DNA of 64,000 nucleotides, taken from positions 1 through 64,000 of the forward strand of contig JBHLRS010000006.1 in NCBI GenBank assembly GCA_048882325.1, read 5' to 3'. This document shows positions 7,531 to 16,905 of this stretch, piece after piece. Numbering within the stretch: position 1 is the first letter of the stretch; each line of letters opens with the position of its first letter. The DNA is from Candidatus Thorarchaeota archaeon. Its GTDB lineage: Archaea > Asgardarchaeota > Thorarchaeia > Thorarchaeales > Thorarchaeaceae. Under the pieces are notes generated by a model. That model was given only the letters and a program-made list of their open reading frames with translations, made no database searches and was not told the DNA's origin. Made by a program: the position numbers and the translations under genes.

Positions 7531-9453
7531 TTGGCTGAGTTTCGGGTCGGTCGCGGTCATGATGGTCCTGCTCGTATTGGCGAATACATACTCGGGACTA
7601 AAACATACGCTACACCATTGTTGACCTCATCATTTACTTCTGACGACTCTATAATCCCTTACGGAGTTCTTGAACGGGATGCACCTGTTTCTGATCAGCC
7701 TATGTTAGTTTCATTACCATCTGTTAACGGATCTGACGACTTGCGGTTGACAAAGGTGCGGGAAATTGATGCTGTAATTTTACCAACATTGATTTCACTT
7801 GCTGCAGTCAGTCATGAATCTCATGGTCTTGTTATCGAGTACCAAAAGGAAGTCCTCTCTCAGATATCATCAGACATTGATCCCTCAAGGACCATCATCC
7901 GCATCCCCTACAATGCTGATCCTGAATCAATCTCAAATCTAGCCAATCTTGAATCGCATGGCGCTATGTTCTCAATCAATGGTCAACTTGGGCCAGAAGA
8001 TTTTGGGGCTATAAACCTTCGAAGTCGTCTACCACTGGACATGGTATCACTTGCAGTGGGTCGAATTGAACCTGGTTTGATTCCGCTCCTCTATTACACT
8101 GGGTTTGACATCATAGATATTGGATTTGCTGAAGCAGCTGCAGCTGATGGATTACGATTGTGGAAAAATGGTTCAGAGAAACTCGACCTCGAAAAAGAGC
8201 GACGTTACTGCTCCTGTTCAGCCTGCGCCAAACTTGATAGTGCAACATCAGAAGACTTGCAAAATATCCTCCTAGAACATAATCTCAGTATCTATAGGTC
8301 CGTTCTCTCTGAAACAAGAGAAGCAATGAAGACTGGCCGATTACGATGGTTAGTTGAGAGTACGACTCACAATAGTCCGGCTCATGCCTCTCTTGTACGA
8401 TTAGTAAACAGAGAACTCTATCACTATATCGAGGAGTTTTCGCCAACCGCTGGTCCTGAGGCTCTACCAGTGATTGGTTCGGAATCTTATCATGCACCAG
8501 TAGTTCAACGTTTTAGAGAGTTTGTTGCAAACAGGTACACCCCTCCTGAGAACAAACCAATCATTTTGCTTCTGCCCTGTTCTGCGAAGAAACCTTACTC
8601 CGACTCCAAGTCACATAGAAGATTTTCAGTTGTCATAGAAGCTGCATTAGGAGGGATGGAATCCCATGTAGCAGAGGTAATTCTAACTTCTCCTCTTGGA
8701 CTGGTCCCTAGAGAATTGGAGCGTATCTATCCTGCTGGTCAATATGACATTCCTGTTACAGGGGACTGGGACTCTGAAGAGATTGAGATTGGAGCGGATG
8801 CACTCATTACACACCTTCGCAAATTTAGCAGATCATCTGTGGTCGTAGCACATGTGTCAGGAGGATATATGGACATAGTAAGGGCTGCTGAACCCAGAAT
8901 TGAACAGAGCTTAATCTACACAACACACGAGGGTCGAGCCACAAGCAGGGAGGCCCTCAAAGCTCTAGAGGAAACCCTCACAGAACTGAGAGAGATACTC
9001 TCCATCTCTGGAGGTCCCCGGACAGAGTTAGAGGAGATAGTTTCTGCAACTGCAGACTATCAATTTGGACCAGGCGCGGGTAAGATACTTGTTCCCGGTC
9101 ATGCTAAACTCAAAGGCAAGCCCTATCGACTGATTCTGTGCAGCATTGATGGAGAACAAGTCTGTTCCTATGTTGCTGAAACTGGAACGCTATCTTTGAC
9201 ATTGGCTGGAGGTAAATTGCTTACTCCACTTAATCGATACTGGGTGCGACTTGATGCTCCAAAAGTGAAAGGCGGGTCGATCTTTGCTATCGGAGTTGAT
9301 GAGGCAGACTTTGCTATCAGACCAGGTGATGAAGTCATAGTCATCAACGCATTGGGAGAGGTCATCGCCGTTGGACGAAGTGAGATGTCTGGTCGAGAAA
9401 TGTGTGAATTGAAGCGGGGTAGAGCAGTATCTGTTCGCCACAAGAAGGAGTGA
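7531..9453 (+). CDS. arcS: Archaeosine synthase subunit alpha (TGT-like + DUF5591 + PUA)
   Basis: DGPARIG N-terminus, CSCSAC..EHN Zn site, LLPCSAKKPYS.SKSH, TSPLGLVPRELE..YP..YDIPVTGDW, C-terminal PUA domain; GAGGTG SD. Confidence 0.93.
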   Translation: MAEFRVGRGHDGPARIGEYILGTKTYATPLLTSSFTSDDSIIPYGVLERDAPVSDQPMLVSLPSVNGSDDLRLTKVREIDAVILPTLISLAAVSHESHGLVIEYQKEVLSQISSDIDPSRTIIRIPYNADPESISNLANLESHGAMFSINGQLGPEDFGAINLRSRLPLDMVSLAVGRIEPGLIPLLYYTGFDIIDIGFAEAAAADGLRLWKNGSEKLDLEKERRYCSCSACAKLDSATSEDLQNILLEHNLSIYRSVLSETREAMKTGRLRWLVESTTHNSPAHASLVRLVNRELYHYIEEFSPTAGPEALPVIGSESYHAPVVQRFREFVANRYTPPENKPIILLLPCSAKKPYSDSKSHRRFSVVIEAALGGMESHVAEVILTSPLGLVPRELERIYPAGQYDIPVTGDWDSEEIEIGADALITHLRKFSRSSVVVAHVSGGYMDIVRAAEPRIEQSLIYTTHEGRATSREALKALEETLTELREILSISGGPRTELEEIVSATADYQFGPGAGKILVPGHAKLKGKPYRLILCSIDGEQVCSYVAETGTLSLTLAGGKLLTPLNRYWVRLDAPKVKGGSIFAIGVDEADFAIRPGDEVIVINALGEVIAVGRSEMSGREMCELKRGRAVSVRHKKE

Positions 9454-10541
9454 CTAGCATGGAAGAGTCTCTAAACCGAATCAAAGAGGTTGTTCAGCAA
9501 GCCACACTCCGGGCCCGTGGCAGTTCGCTCAAGAAGAGAAGGAAGAGAGATCCTAATAGACCCTCTGCAAAATGGATTGCCCCAGCAAGAATAGGTAGGG
9601 AAAAAGGAACAGCTCTTGCAGTTGTTCTGTCAACAATTGGGTGTGCACACGCTCGTAGTGACTCAGGAGGCTGCACAATGTGTAGTTATCTTCTAGATGG
9701 TGTTCAAGAACAACCAACTTCTGACCAGATAATCAATCAATTCAGGGTTGCAATGAATGATTTGGAATCAAAACCCTCTCCATTGTCTGTAAAGATCTAT
9801 ACAAGTGGAAGTTTTCTTGATGATGATGAGGTTCCAGCAAAAGCTAGAGAATCAATACTTCAAATCATAGCTCAAGATGAAAGGGTTCGCGAGGTAGTTT
9901 TGGAATCTAGGCCAGAATATGTGACCGACAAGACACTCTCGGATGTGAGGACGAGGCTAGGCGACAGAATCGTCGAGATTGGAATGGGCTTGGAGAGTGC
10001 AAGTGACACTATCCGAACAGTCTGCATCAACAAGAACTTTGACCTAGCCATGTTCAAGGAAGCTCTCAAGACTGCTAAGAACTACAATATTGGGATACGC
10101 GCATATGTGCTGCTAAAACCACCCTTGCTTACAGAACGGGATGCACTCATCGATGCAATTTCAACAATTCAAGAGGCGCGTGAATTAGGAGTCACAACAG
10201 TGTCTCTAAACCCCGTGAATGTTCAGAAAGACACTCTTGTTGAGAAACTCTGGACAAGAGGCAACTACCGTCCCCCTTGGTTATGGAGTGTTCTTGAAGT
10301 GCTCCGCAAGGCGTCTAATGTTTCTGATGAATGGATGAAGATCATCTGCGACCCTGTTGCGGGCGGCAAAAGAAGAGGCGCACACAACTGTGGTACATGT
10401 GACAGCAACATTGTTGAGGCAATCCGTCAGTTCTCATTAAGTCAGGACTCAACTCACTTGCAGAATCAGACTTGTGACTGTATCAGGCAATGGGAGCATG
10501 TCTTAAAACACGAGGACTTCTCGTTACTCGTTCATAAATGA
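9450..10541 (+). CDS. raSEA: Archaeosine biosynthesis radical SAM enzyme RaSEA
   Basis: GC..ARS..GGCTMCSY, KIYTSGSFLD, ESRPEY, LLKPP, YRPPWLWS, G..RGAHNCG.C; overlaps the arcS stop. Confidence 0.92.
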   Translation: MTSMEESLNRIKEVVQQATLRARGSSLKKRRKRDPNRPSAKWIAPARIGREKGTALAVVLSTIGCAHARSDSGGCTMCSYLLDGVQEQPTSDQIINQFRVAMNDLESKPSPLSVKIYTSGSFLDDDEVPAKARESILQIIAQDERVREVVLESRPEYVTDKTLSDVRTRLGDRIVEIGMGLESASDTIRTVCINKNFDLAMFKEALKTAKNYNIGIRAYVLLKPPLLTERDALIDAISTIQEARELGVTTVSLNPVNVQKDTLVEKLWTRGNYRPPWLWSVLEVLRKASNVSDEWMKIICDPVAGGKRRGAHNCGTCDSNIVEAIRQFSLSQDSTHLQNQTCDCIRQWEHVLKHEDFSLLVHK

Positions 10542-10618
10542 AACAAACGTCTTATGAAAAAGGTCATAAAGAAAATCAAGCGCGGTCGCACATTCTGAAA
10601 AATCTTTGGTGATCAATC

Positions 10619-10972
10619 ATGTCTCGGTATGTTACACGTGTGTCAGTATGGTTCAATAGTGAAGGAGCTTCTCCCTCTCAAGTGATATCCAAACTCACAG
10701 ACCTTGGATTCAAACCTGTTAGAGGAGCTTATGATTTCGTTTATGAACACAGTGATGACGACATGACCGAGGCTGATTTAGGTAGCGCAATCATCGAGAT
10801 TTCAAATGCCCTGCATCAGACCCTCGCTGGATTCAAGGTACTCTACAACCTCGATACCCAGCTCGCTGAAGAGGAAGACTATGTTCCGCTAGAGGACCTA
10901 GATGCAGAGCTCGAGGAAACTCGCAAAGAGCTAGAGCAGATTGAAAAAGAAGATAATAGATCTCGAGAATGA
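10619..10972 (+). CDS. Conserved archaeal hypothetical protein with acidic coiled-coil tail
   Basis: GGTGA SD; WFNSEGASPS..LGFKP.RG.YDFVY pattern resembles a small archaeal hypothetical family. Confidence 0.75.
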   Translation: MSRYVTRVSVWFNSEGASPSQVISKLTDLGFKPVRGAYDFVYEHSDDDMTEADLGSAIIEISNALHQTLAGFKVLYNLDTQLAEEEDYVPLEDLDAELEETRKELEQIEKEDNRSRE

Positions 10973-11014
10973 GTCAGGAGCACACCCTCACTCATTCCCT
11001 GTGATTTGCTTCTA

Positions 11015-12799
11015 TTAGATTGAAGTGACTTCTGGCTCACGGCGTTCGTACTCGCCCTCACCATGCACTGTGACTCTGAGCTTCTTCTTGTCACCCGGAT
11101 TCATTCTTTGCCAAGTCCAGACCATGTAGTTTCCTCCTTCTGCAACTGGGAATATTTCCGGTGCATCATCCTCTGGGTCTGTTGATATGTACTCAAAGCC
11201 AGCTGGAATCCAATCGGTCACCTCAATATTCTCAGCTGTAACCTCACCATTATTGGTAACCACAAGCACAACGACATACTCACCTGCACCCGCGCCTTTG
11301 TTAATTGCTTTCTTCGTGGATAAGGCACGCTTTTTGTAGATTACACTAAGCTTGTGACTATCCTCTGGACTTTCAACAGCCACAGGAATTCCTGCAGGGT
11401 CTGTGTTTGCGGTGCAGACAACTGGTGATGGATATTCCTTTTCAGGTCTACTGCGCCAAGCCATTATCGCATAGTTGATCTTGAGGCTTTCACCAGGTTC
11501 TACTTCCCCCCCGTTTTCTTTCAAGTTTTCAACTCTAAAGGTGATTTTATGGGGCTTTTCTGGATCCTGATCCTCTGGGTCGATAATGAACTCAAATGGA
11601 CCGGTGTACTCCTTACCTCTTATCCATACAGAAACATGTTCGGTCGTGGGAGGCATCACATCGTCTGGAAGGTTGTCTTCTATGGTGAATTCGTTCAGCC
11701 TTGCTGACCCTGTATTAGTCACCTCAATAGTCACCTCTACAGGAGTCTTATCGAAGCTGTTCACCGAAGGAGGATCAAACTCCTTCGAATACTCAATATT
11801 GACAATTGGGATCTCCTGAGAGGCCTTCTCAATGGTCCCAAGAACTCTCTTTGTTACATCCGGAACAGGTGTGTAAATCAGGTCCTGGGTACATTTGGGT
11901 GTGGACTTGCTTGCAACCTCAAACGATGCAGACCATTCTTGATCAGGTTCCATCTCTACGCCTGGGGTTTCATCTAGCATCTTCTGTTTCGCGCCTCCAT
12001 CCTCAGGAGTGAGAAAGACCTCAGCCTTGTCCAATCTTACAATCAAGTCACTCTCATTCGAACATTCAAGTGTGCATTGCCATTGATTTGGTTCAGTTTC
12101 AGCAGTTTCGATTCCCGTCAAAAACTCTGTCAGTGCGTTCAAATCGGGTTTAAGACCTGATCTCTGTTGTCCCTCGCCTCGATATGTGATAACAACGTTT
12201 CCAGCCTTTCTCGGTTCCTTGTCTTCCACAAATCCAGTTGCGCTTATGACAAGATTTGAAGATTCATGGGGATAGATCAAGAAGTCTTTCCAGACTAGTT
12301 GTTTCGTTCCCTCATCGTATTCAGCTGTACCTGATTTAGCAGAAACAATTTCGATGTTGGAGAGTTCAGAAGGAATGGTCTTGTTGAGAATGATATTGTC
12401 CAATTCGCCATTCGTTTCATTTGTAACAGTGAGTGTGATTTTAACAGGATTCTCTTGTCCCATCACATAAGCCCAATGTGGTTCTTCAGTTTCAATGGAT
12501 CCACATGTATCATATACCTCTTTGAACTTCAGAATAGGTGCCTTTACAGTAATACCATAATTAGTGTCCCACTTGCCGCCCACATCTATCTCACCAGCAA
12601 CGAAGGTATCCTCATCAATGTCTGTGGCCTTACGAGTTCCTCCTAGGAGAACCTTCACATTCCAGATTCGACTTCTCTCTGATACATTGTTTACACTCAG
12701 TACTCCAGAAGCATTAACACTATCCAACTTTGAAAACTCGTCAAGTTGAACTCTTTCTGATTCTTCGAGGTCAATTACGACCTTCTTTCTCTCGCTCAT
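11015..12799 (-). CDS. Acidic all-beta protein: N-terminal mu-homology-domain-like region plus DUF11/Ig-like domains, no signal peptide
   Basis: 594-aa ORF with GGTG SD; three V.I.V.N....L.N..I.D..P strand patterns. The MHD similarity is by eye only. Confidence 0.7.
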   Translation of the reverse strand: MSERKKVVIDLEESERVQLDEFSKLDSVNASGVLSVNNVSERSRIWNVKVLLGGTRKATDIDEDTFVAGEIDVGGKWDTNYGITVKAPILKFKEVYDTCGSIETEEPHWAYVMGQENPVKITLTVTNETNGELDNIILNKTIPSELSNIEIVSAKSGTAEYDEGTKQLVWKDFLIYPHESSNLVISATGFVEDKEPRKAGNVVITYRGEGQQRSGLKPDLNALTEFLTGIETAETEPNQWQCTLECSNESDLIVRLDKAEVFLTPEDGGAKQKMLDETPGVEMEPDQEWSASFEVASKSTPKCTQDLIYTPVPDVTKRVLGTIEKASQEIPIVNIEYSKEFDPPSVNSFDKTPVEVTIEVTNTGSARLNEFTIEDNLPDDVMPPTTEHVSVWIRGKEYTGPFEFIIDPEDQDPEKPHKITFRVENLKENGGEVEPGESLKINYAIMAWRSRPEKEYPSPVVCTANTDPAGIPVAVESPEDSHKLSVIYKKRALSTKKAINKGAGAGEYVVVLVVTNNGEVTAENIEVTDWIPAGFEYISTDPEDDAPEIFPVAEGGNYMVWTWQRMNPGDKKKLRVTVHGEGEYERREPEVTSI

Positions 12800-12869
12800 T
12801 CAATGCACACCCATTGTTTCGCATTCGTTATTTTGGGAGTCTTCTGGCTTTTGTACGTGTAGTAGAATA

Positions 12870-13583
12870 TCAGTTTAGCTCGTATCTGAATTCGTTACCT
12901 GCAGCCCATGAAACCTCCAGAACCTGTTTTGGTTCCATGATCACCGGAATGACGCCTTGACCAAACTGCTGAACATATTTGGAGAACTTCCTTGCATCTT
13001 CCTCTGATGACCATCTCATCGGGATTCCAAGTCTTGGCTTTGAGTCGATACATAGACTCACGGCATCTTTCACTTCGAAGACACCATCACCGCCTACTGG
13101 AACTATGAGTACATCAATGTCAAGATGTTCGAAAGGCCCACGTATCAACGTGTCACCAAGATACGCTACCTTCATTCCTCCCATCTCTATATAGAGACCC
13201 ATATTCTCAATTCGTCCACCTTCGGTTTCATCTATTCGTGACAGAGAATAAGGTGTGACTTTGATGTCTGGAATCTCATAAGGCACCTCTGATTTGAGGA
13301 CATGAAGTAGCCATGGTTTGACACCCTTCTTCGAAGCCTTGTCAGCTGCTCCTTGATTCCCAAGGAACCATGCCTTTGAGTTGACTGCAATCTTTGCTGA
13401 ATTACCCACAGCATCGTCAGATTGATTTGTTGCGATGACTATTCTCGCACTGAAGTCATTTGGAACAACCTTCTTTCCATCCCATTTTCCTGGATTTAGA
13501 ATAACTGTTGTTTCGCCGTACTCGAGTGCGAATGAAGTCTTTCCAAAGTATACTATTTTGAGCAACAAATCACATCCCGTCAA
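12870..13583 (-). CDS. Metallo-beta-lactamase-fold protein (UPF0173/UlaG-like) with a degenerate metal motif
   Basis: IVYFGKTSFALE..VILNP, ATNQSDDA in place of THxHxDH, YLGDT, DVLIVPVGG, GIPMRW. Real start probably the TTG near 13565. Confidence 0.8.
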   Translation of the reverse strand: MTGCDLLLKIVYFGKTSFALEYGETTVILNPGKWDGKKVVPNDFSARIVIATNQSDDAVGNSAKIAVNSKAWFLGNQGAADKASKKGVKPWLLHVLKSEVPYEIPDIKVTPYSLSRIDETEGGRIENMGLYIEMGGMKVAYLGDTLIRGPFEHLDIDVLIVPVGGDGVFEVKDAVSLCIDSKPRLGIPMRWSSEEDARKFSKYVQQFGQGVIPVIMEPKQVLEVSWAAGNEFRYELN

Positions 13584-13817
13584 TGCGTACTGGCACGGTC
13601 AAGCCAGAATGACTGCTGCACTTCTTCAGTCGAGTTGGTTCTTAATAAGGTAATTTCGAACCTATGCGAATTCGCTTCAGAAATATCTATTCGGACCATT
13701 TCTGAGCGCCGTCCACAAATTCTCGAATCCGCCGAGTGCTACCCTTATATGAATCTGACTAGACAGAGGTTCAGAGGTCTATATGTCCTGCGGATTGTAA
13801 TCAGCGAGTTGGATTCT

Positions 13818-15110
13818 ATGTTAGACAAGATTCTTACTGAGAAGTTCAGACGAACACTGAAGATGGTCTTCACAGACATTGACAATCAACAGGACCGCCG
13901 CGATGAGCAGGAGTTTGCCAAAGACGAGGGTCGCATCAAAGAACGTCTATTGGACACGTTCACACCATATCCTCCTGATGTCATCTTGGAGAATGACTTT
14001 CGAATAGCTGCGATCGATGGTTCCGGTACAGACAGTCTCATGACGCTTGATGATGTCCGAATCCATCTGCTCAGTACTTCCACTATTGTAGTTGACACTA
14101 ACACACAATCTGAGAATCTATTTGCTCCCATTGAAAGAGAACTTCTAGAAACCGAGGTTGGAGAGCAACCTCATATAGACATTCACTGGCACTCCGGAGT
14201 TCGAGGCGATGCTCCAAAGAAACTAGCTGAAACCCTTGCTAATATCTATCCATTGAAAGATGTGGCGAGTCTGACTCTCCCTTTCTTTCAAGACTATACG
14301 CAAGGTAAGATATCAGCATTCTCTGATTTCACCGAAACCGAATATGAAAAGCATGTGCCTCGCTTGCGGGAAATTGAAACATTGATTTCACGAGAGCAAT
14401 TGCTGACCAATCCCACTGTCCATGAGGAGATTAGAAAGGTGAGTGAGTATGCAGCAGCCCGCAGACTCTTAACGAGTGATCTCAAACTGAAGTACCTTCT
14501 CCTAGATGGTGCACTATCCGTCTTCATGCATTTCGTGCGACACTACCCCTCTATGCCCAGCGGATTCATGTTAAGGGACCTCTGTGCGTTAGCGAGGCAA
14601 AAGAACGCTGTCATGTGTGCTGTAAGCAAGAATCATACTATCCCCTTTGCGCATCGTATAGCTGGAATGGCACGGGATGTATTTGGGGATAATGCAAAGT
14701 GGTTCTGCCATCTGCCAAGTAAGGAAGATCCAGAAGGAGGTCTTCATATCTACGAGGACCGAACCTACATTCCTCCCATGCTTGCGGTTCCTTACCTATA
14801 CAGTTTCTCAAGGGACAACAGACCCTCAAGGATTGATTTTGACCGAATTTGGTGGCTTGAGAATATATTTGTCCCAGGTGACCCTGGAGCAACTCGTGCA
14901 AATGAGAAGGCACTTTTTGCGGAGTTAGAGTTCATGTCAAGAGATGCTCGCTGGTATGGGTATCCTGTTCCTCTTGCTCTTGCACATGAGTCTTGCAAGT
15001 TGAGCTATGAGGATTTGCGATTGGCGAAAGAAGTATGTATGGATGTAAGGTCCGAGATGTATCTTGAAACTCGAAAAGCTCAGGATCTCCGTGCTGATTA
15101 CAATTTGTGA
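13818..15110 (+). CDS. nurA: NurA 5'-3' nuclease
   Basis: IAAIDGS, LLLDGAL, AVSK, GYPVPLALAHE; first gene of the herA-mre11-rad50 operon. Start moved downstream of the TTATAT box at 13745. Confidence 0.9.
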   Translation: MLDKILTEKFRRTLKMVFTDIDNQQDRRDEQEFAKDEGRIKERLLDTFTPYPPDVILENDFRIAAIDGSGTDSLMTLDDVRIHLLSTSTIVVDTNTQSENLFAPIERELLETEVGEQPHIDIHWHSGVRGDAPKKLAETLANIYPLKDVASLTLPFFQDYTQGKISAFSDFTETEYEKHVPRLREIETLISREQLLTNPTVHEEIRKVSEYAAARRLLTSDLKLKYLLLDGALSVFMHFVRHYPSMPSGFMLRDLCALARQKNAVMCAVSKNHTIPFAHRIAGMARDVFGDNAKWFCHLPSKEDPEGGLHIYEDRTYIPPMLAVPYLYSFSRDNRPSRIDFDRIWWLENIFVPGDPGATRANEKALFAELEFMSRDARWYGYPVPLALAHESCKLSYEDLRLAKEVCMDVRSEMYLETRKAQDLRADYNL

Positions 15111-15125
15111 AACGAGGTATGAAAC

Positions 15126-16895
15126 ATGAGTCTAGACAAAGACAAACTTGGAGAACTTTATGGGAAAGTGGGAGTGGGTAATCAGACTACTCTTGGGATA
15201 ATGGGGAATAACCGCGATATCAGTGTCGGAGAGATCTTTTTGATATACTCCTGCCGTGATAATCATGAAAGGGTCTTTTTCTTCCGAGTCCTTGGTCTGG
15301 AGAACTACCTGCGTCAGGTTGATGATTTGGCTCGTGTTGCTGGTACACTTATGGTAGAGGGTGATGCATATCTCTCTGGTATAGAGCGGAACATGCTACT
15401 CTCAGTAGGTGGAAGAATGCTTGGCTACGCTGAGAAGAGAGGTGATGGTTGGGTCTTTAATTCTCCCAGACGCCTGCCAGATCACCTAGCTTCTGTCTAT
15501 CGACCTGTTCCTGGTACATCCGACGAGAATGTCCGAACGATGTTGGAATGTCAGACCGATGGAGAAGTGTACGTTGGTGATCTTCAGGTAGGTGAAAACA
15601 CCCTTGACGTCCCAATTAAAATCCCAGCAAAATTCCTACCTATGCATGTGGGTATCTTTGGTTCCACAGGAGCTGGAAAGAGCAATTTAATGATGGTTCT
15701 CATCAAATCAGTGATTGACAACAACCTGAATGCATTCAGAGATTCAAAACAGGACTCCCAGAGAGTGTCTGCGTTCTGTATCGATCCGCATGATGAGTTT
15801 GCCAAAGGCGTAGACAAGTATGGCATTCAGCATGTGATTGAAGACATGAGTGCTTCCACCCGGAAAGAGGTCATAGGAGACTATTACTATCTGACAACGC
15901 ACAAAAAAGCAACAACTAGAGACATTCGCAAGTATACTCAAGAAATCAGAATTCTCTGGTCTGAAATTCAGCCACGAGATTTGTATTCGATACGCGAATT
16001 CACCGCTGAGATGACCTCGTTCATTGACTCTCAATATTCTAGACATGGGGAGGACTGGATTGCTTCTATTCTTAATCTGGACGAAGATAATGCTGATTCT
16101 GCAAACGTTCAGAAGGGCACACTACGTGCTGTAAAACGTAGACTTAGTTTTCTGCGAAGATCTCCAATATACATCGAAAAAGGAAATTCTATACTCAGTG
16201 ATATCTTTGTGGCGATGGAAACAGGACGTGTCCTTGTAGTCAATACAAGTCTAATGAGTGACAGAGAACAATTCCTTCTGACGACCATAGTCACACGAAC
16301 ACTTTCTGATATGCGGCGAGCTCTGAAAAGCAGCGGAAATCTTGGCGATTTCATAAGACAAGGTGAGATGCGACTCCCTTCATCATTCTTCAATAGAGTC
16401 AAAGATCAGGCACGTGCTTTCTACGGTTTAGGTGGAGTTGTTGATGATACGCCAGTACAGGATCCTAAACTTCTACCAGTAATCCAAGTGACTGTTGAGG
16501 AAGCTCCATCTATTCTAAATCCTGAATTGATGCGTGGTCAGTCAGTCTTCAAGGATATTTCAAGACAGGGTAGGAAGTTCAACATAGGTCTCCTCGTAGT
16601 GAGTCAACAAGTGAGTGTTCTAGATAATGTAATCCTGAGCCAAATGAATACCGAGATTAATCTCCGGCTTGGAAATGAACGTGAGATTCGAGCTTGCATA
16701 GAGAATGCCAGCGTGAATATATCGGGTTTTGAAAACGAGTTTCGAGTCATGTCCAGAGGAGAGGCAATCATTACTCAATCTTATAGAGAACTCCCATTAC
16801 CTGTCAAGATTCCCCTATTTGACGACATATACGAAAAAGACAAACACATGTACAAGGAAAAAGGTTCAAAGAAGAGTGAAGAACACATTCTCTGA
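15126..16895 (+). CDS. herA: HerA ATPase/helicase
   Basis: N-terminal HAS barrel, HVGIFGSTGAGKS, IDPHDE, VEEAP, SRQGRKF..LVVSQ, GEA. Confidence 0.93.
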   Translation: MSLDKDKLGELYGKVGVGNQTTLGIMGNNRDISVGEIFLIYSCRDNHERVFFFRVLGLENYLRQVDDLARVAGTLMVEGDAYLSGIERNMLLSVGGRMLGYAEKRGDGWVFNSPRRLPDHLASVYRPVPGTSDENVRTMLECQTDGEVYVGDLQVGENTLDVPIKIPAKFLPMHVGIFGSTGAGKSNLMMVLIKSVIDNNLNAFRDSKQDSQRVSAFCIDPHDEFAKGVDKYGIQHVIEDMSASTRKEVIGDYYYLTTHKKATTRDIRKYTQEIRILWSEIQPRDLYSIREFTAEMTSFIDSQYSRHGEDWIASILNLDEDNADSANVQKGTLRAVKRRLSFLRRSPIYIEKGNSILSDIFVAMETGRVLVVNTSLMSDREQFLLTTIVTRTLSDMRRALKSSGNLGDFIRQGEMRLPSSFFNRVKDQARAFYGLGGVVDDTPVQDPKLLPVIQVTVEEAPSILNPELMRGQSVFKDISRQGRKFNIGLLVVSQQVSVLDNVILSQMNTEINLRLGNEREIRACIENASVNISGFENEFRVMSRGEAIITQSYRELPLPVKIPLFDDIYEKDKHMYKEKGSKKSEEHIL

Positions 16896-16905
16896 GGATG
16901 AATGA

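Noticed and set aside
13635-13817. N-terminal extension of the NurA ORF
   Set aside because: It covers the likely divergent promoter, including a TATA-like box, and does not look protein-like.
13818-16895. NurA-HerA as an anti-phage defence module
   Set aside because: Direct coupling to mre11 and rad50 fits the canonical archaeal repair operon.
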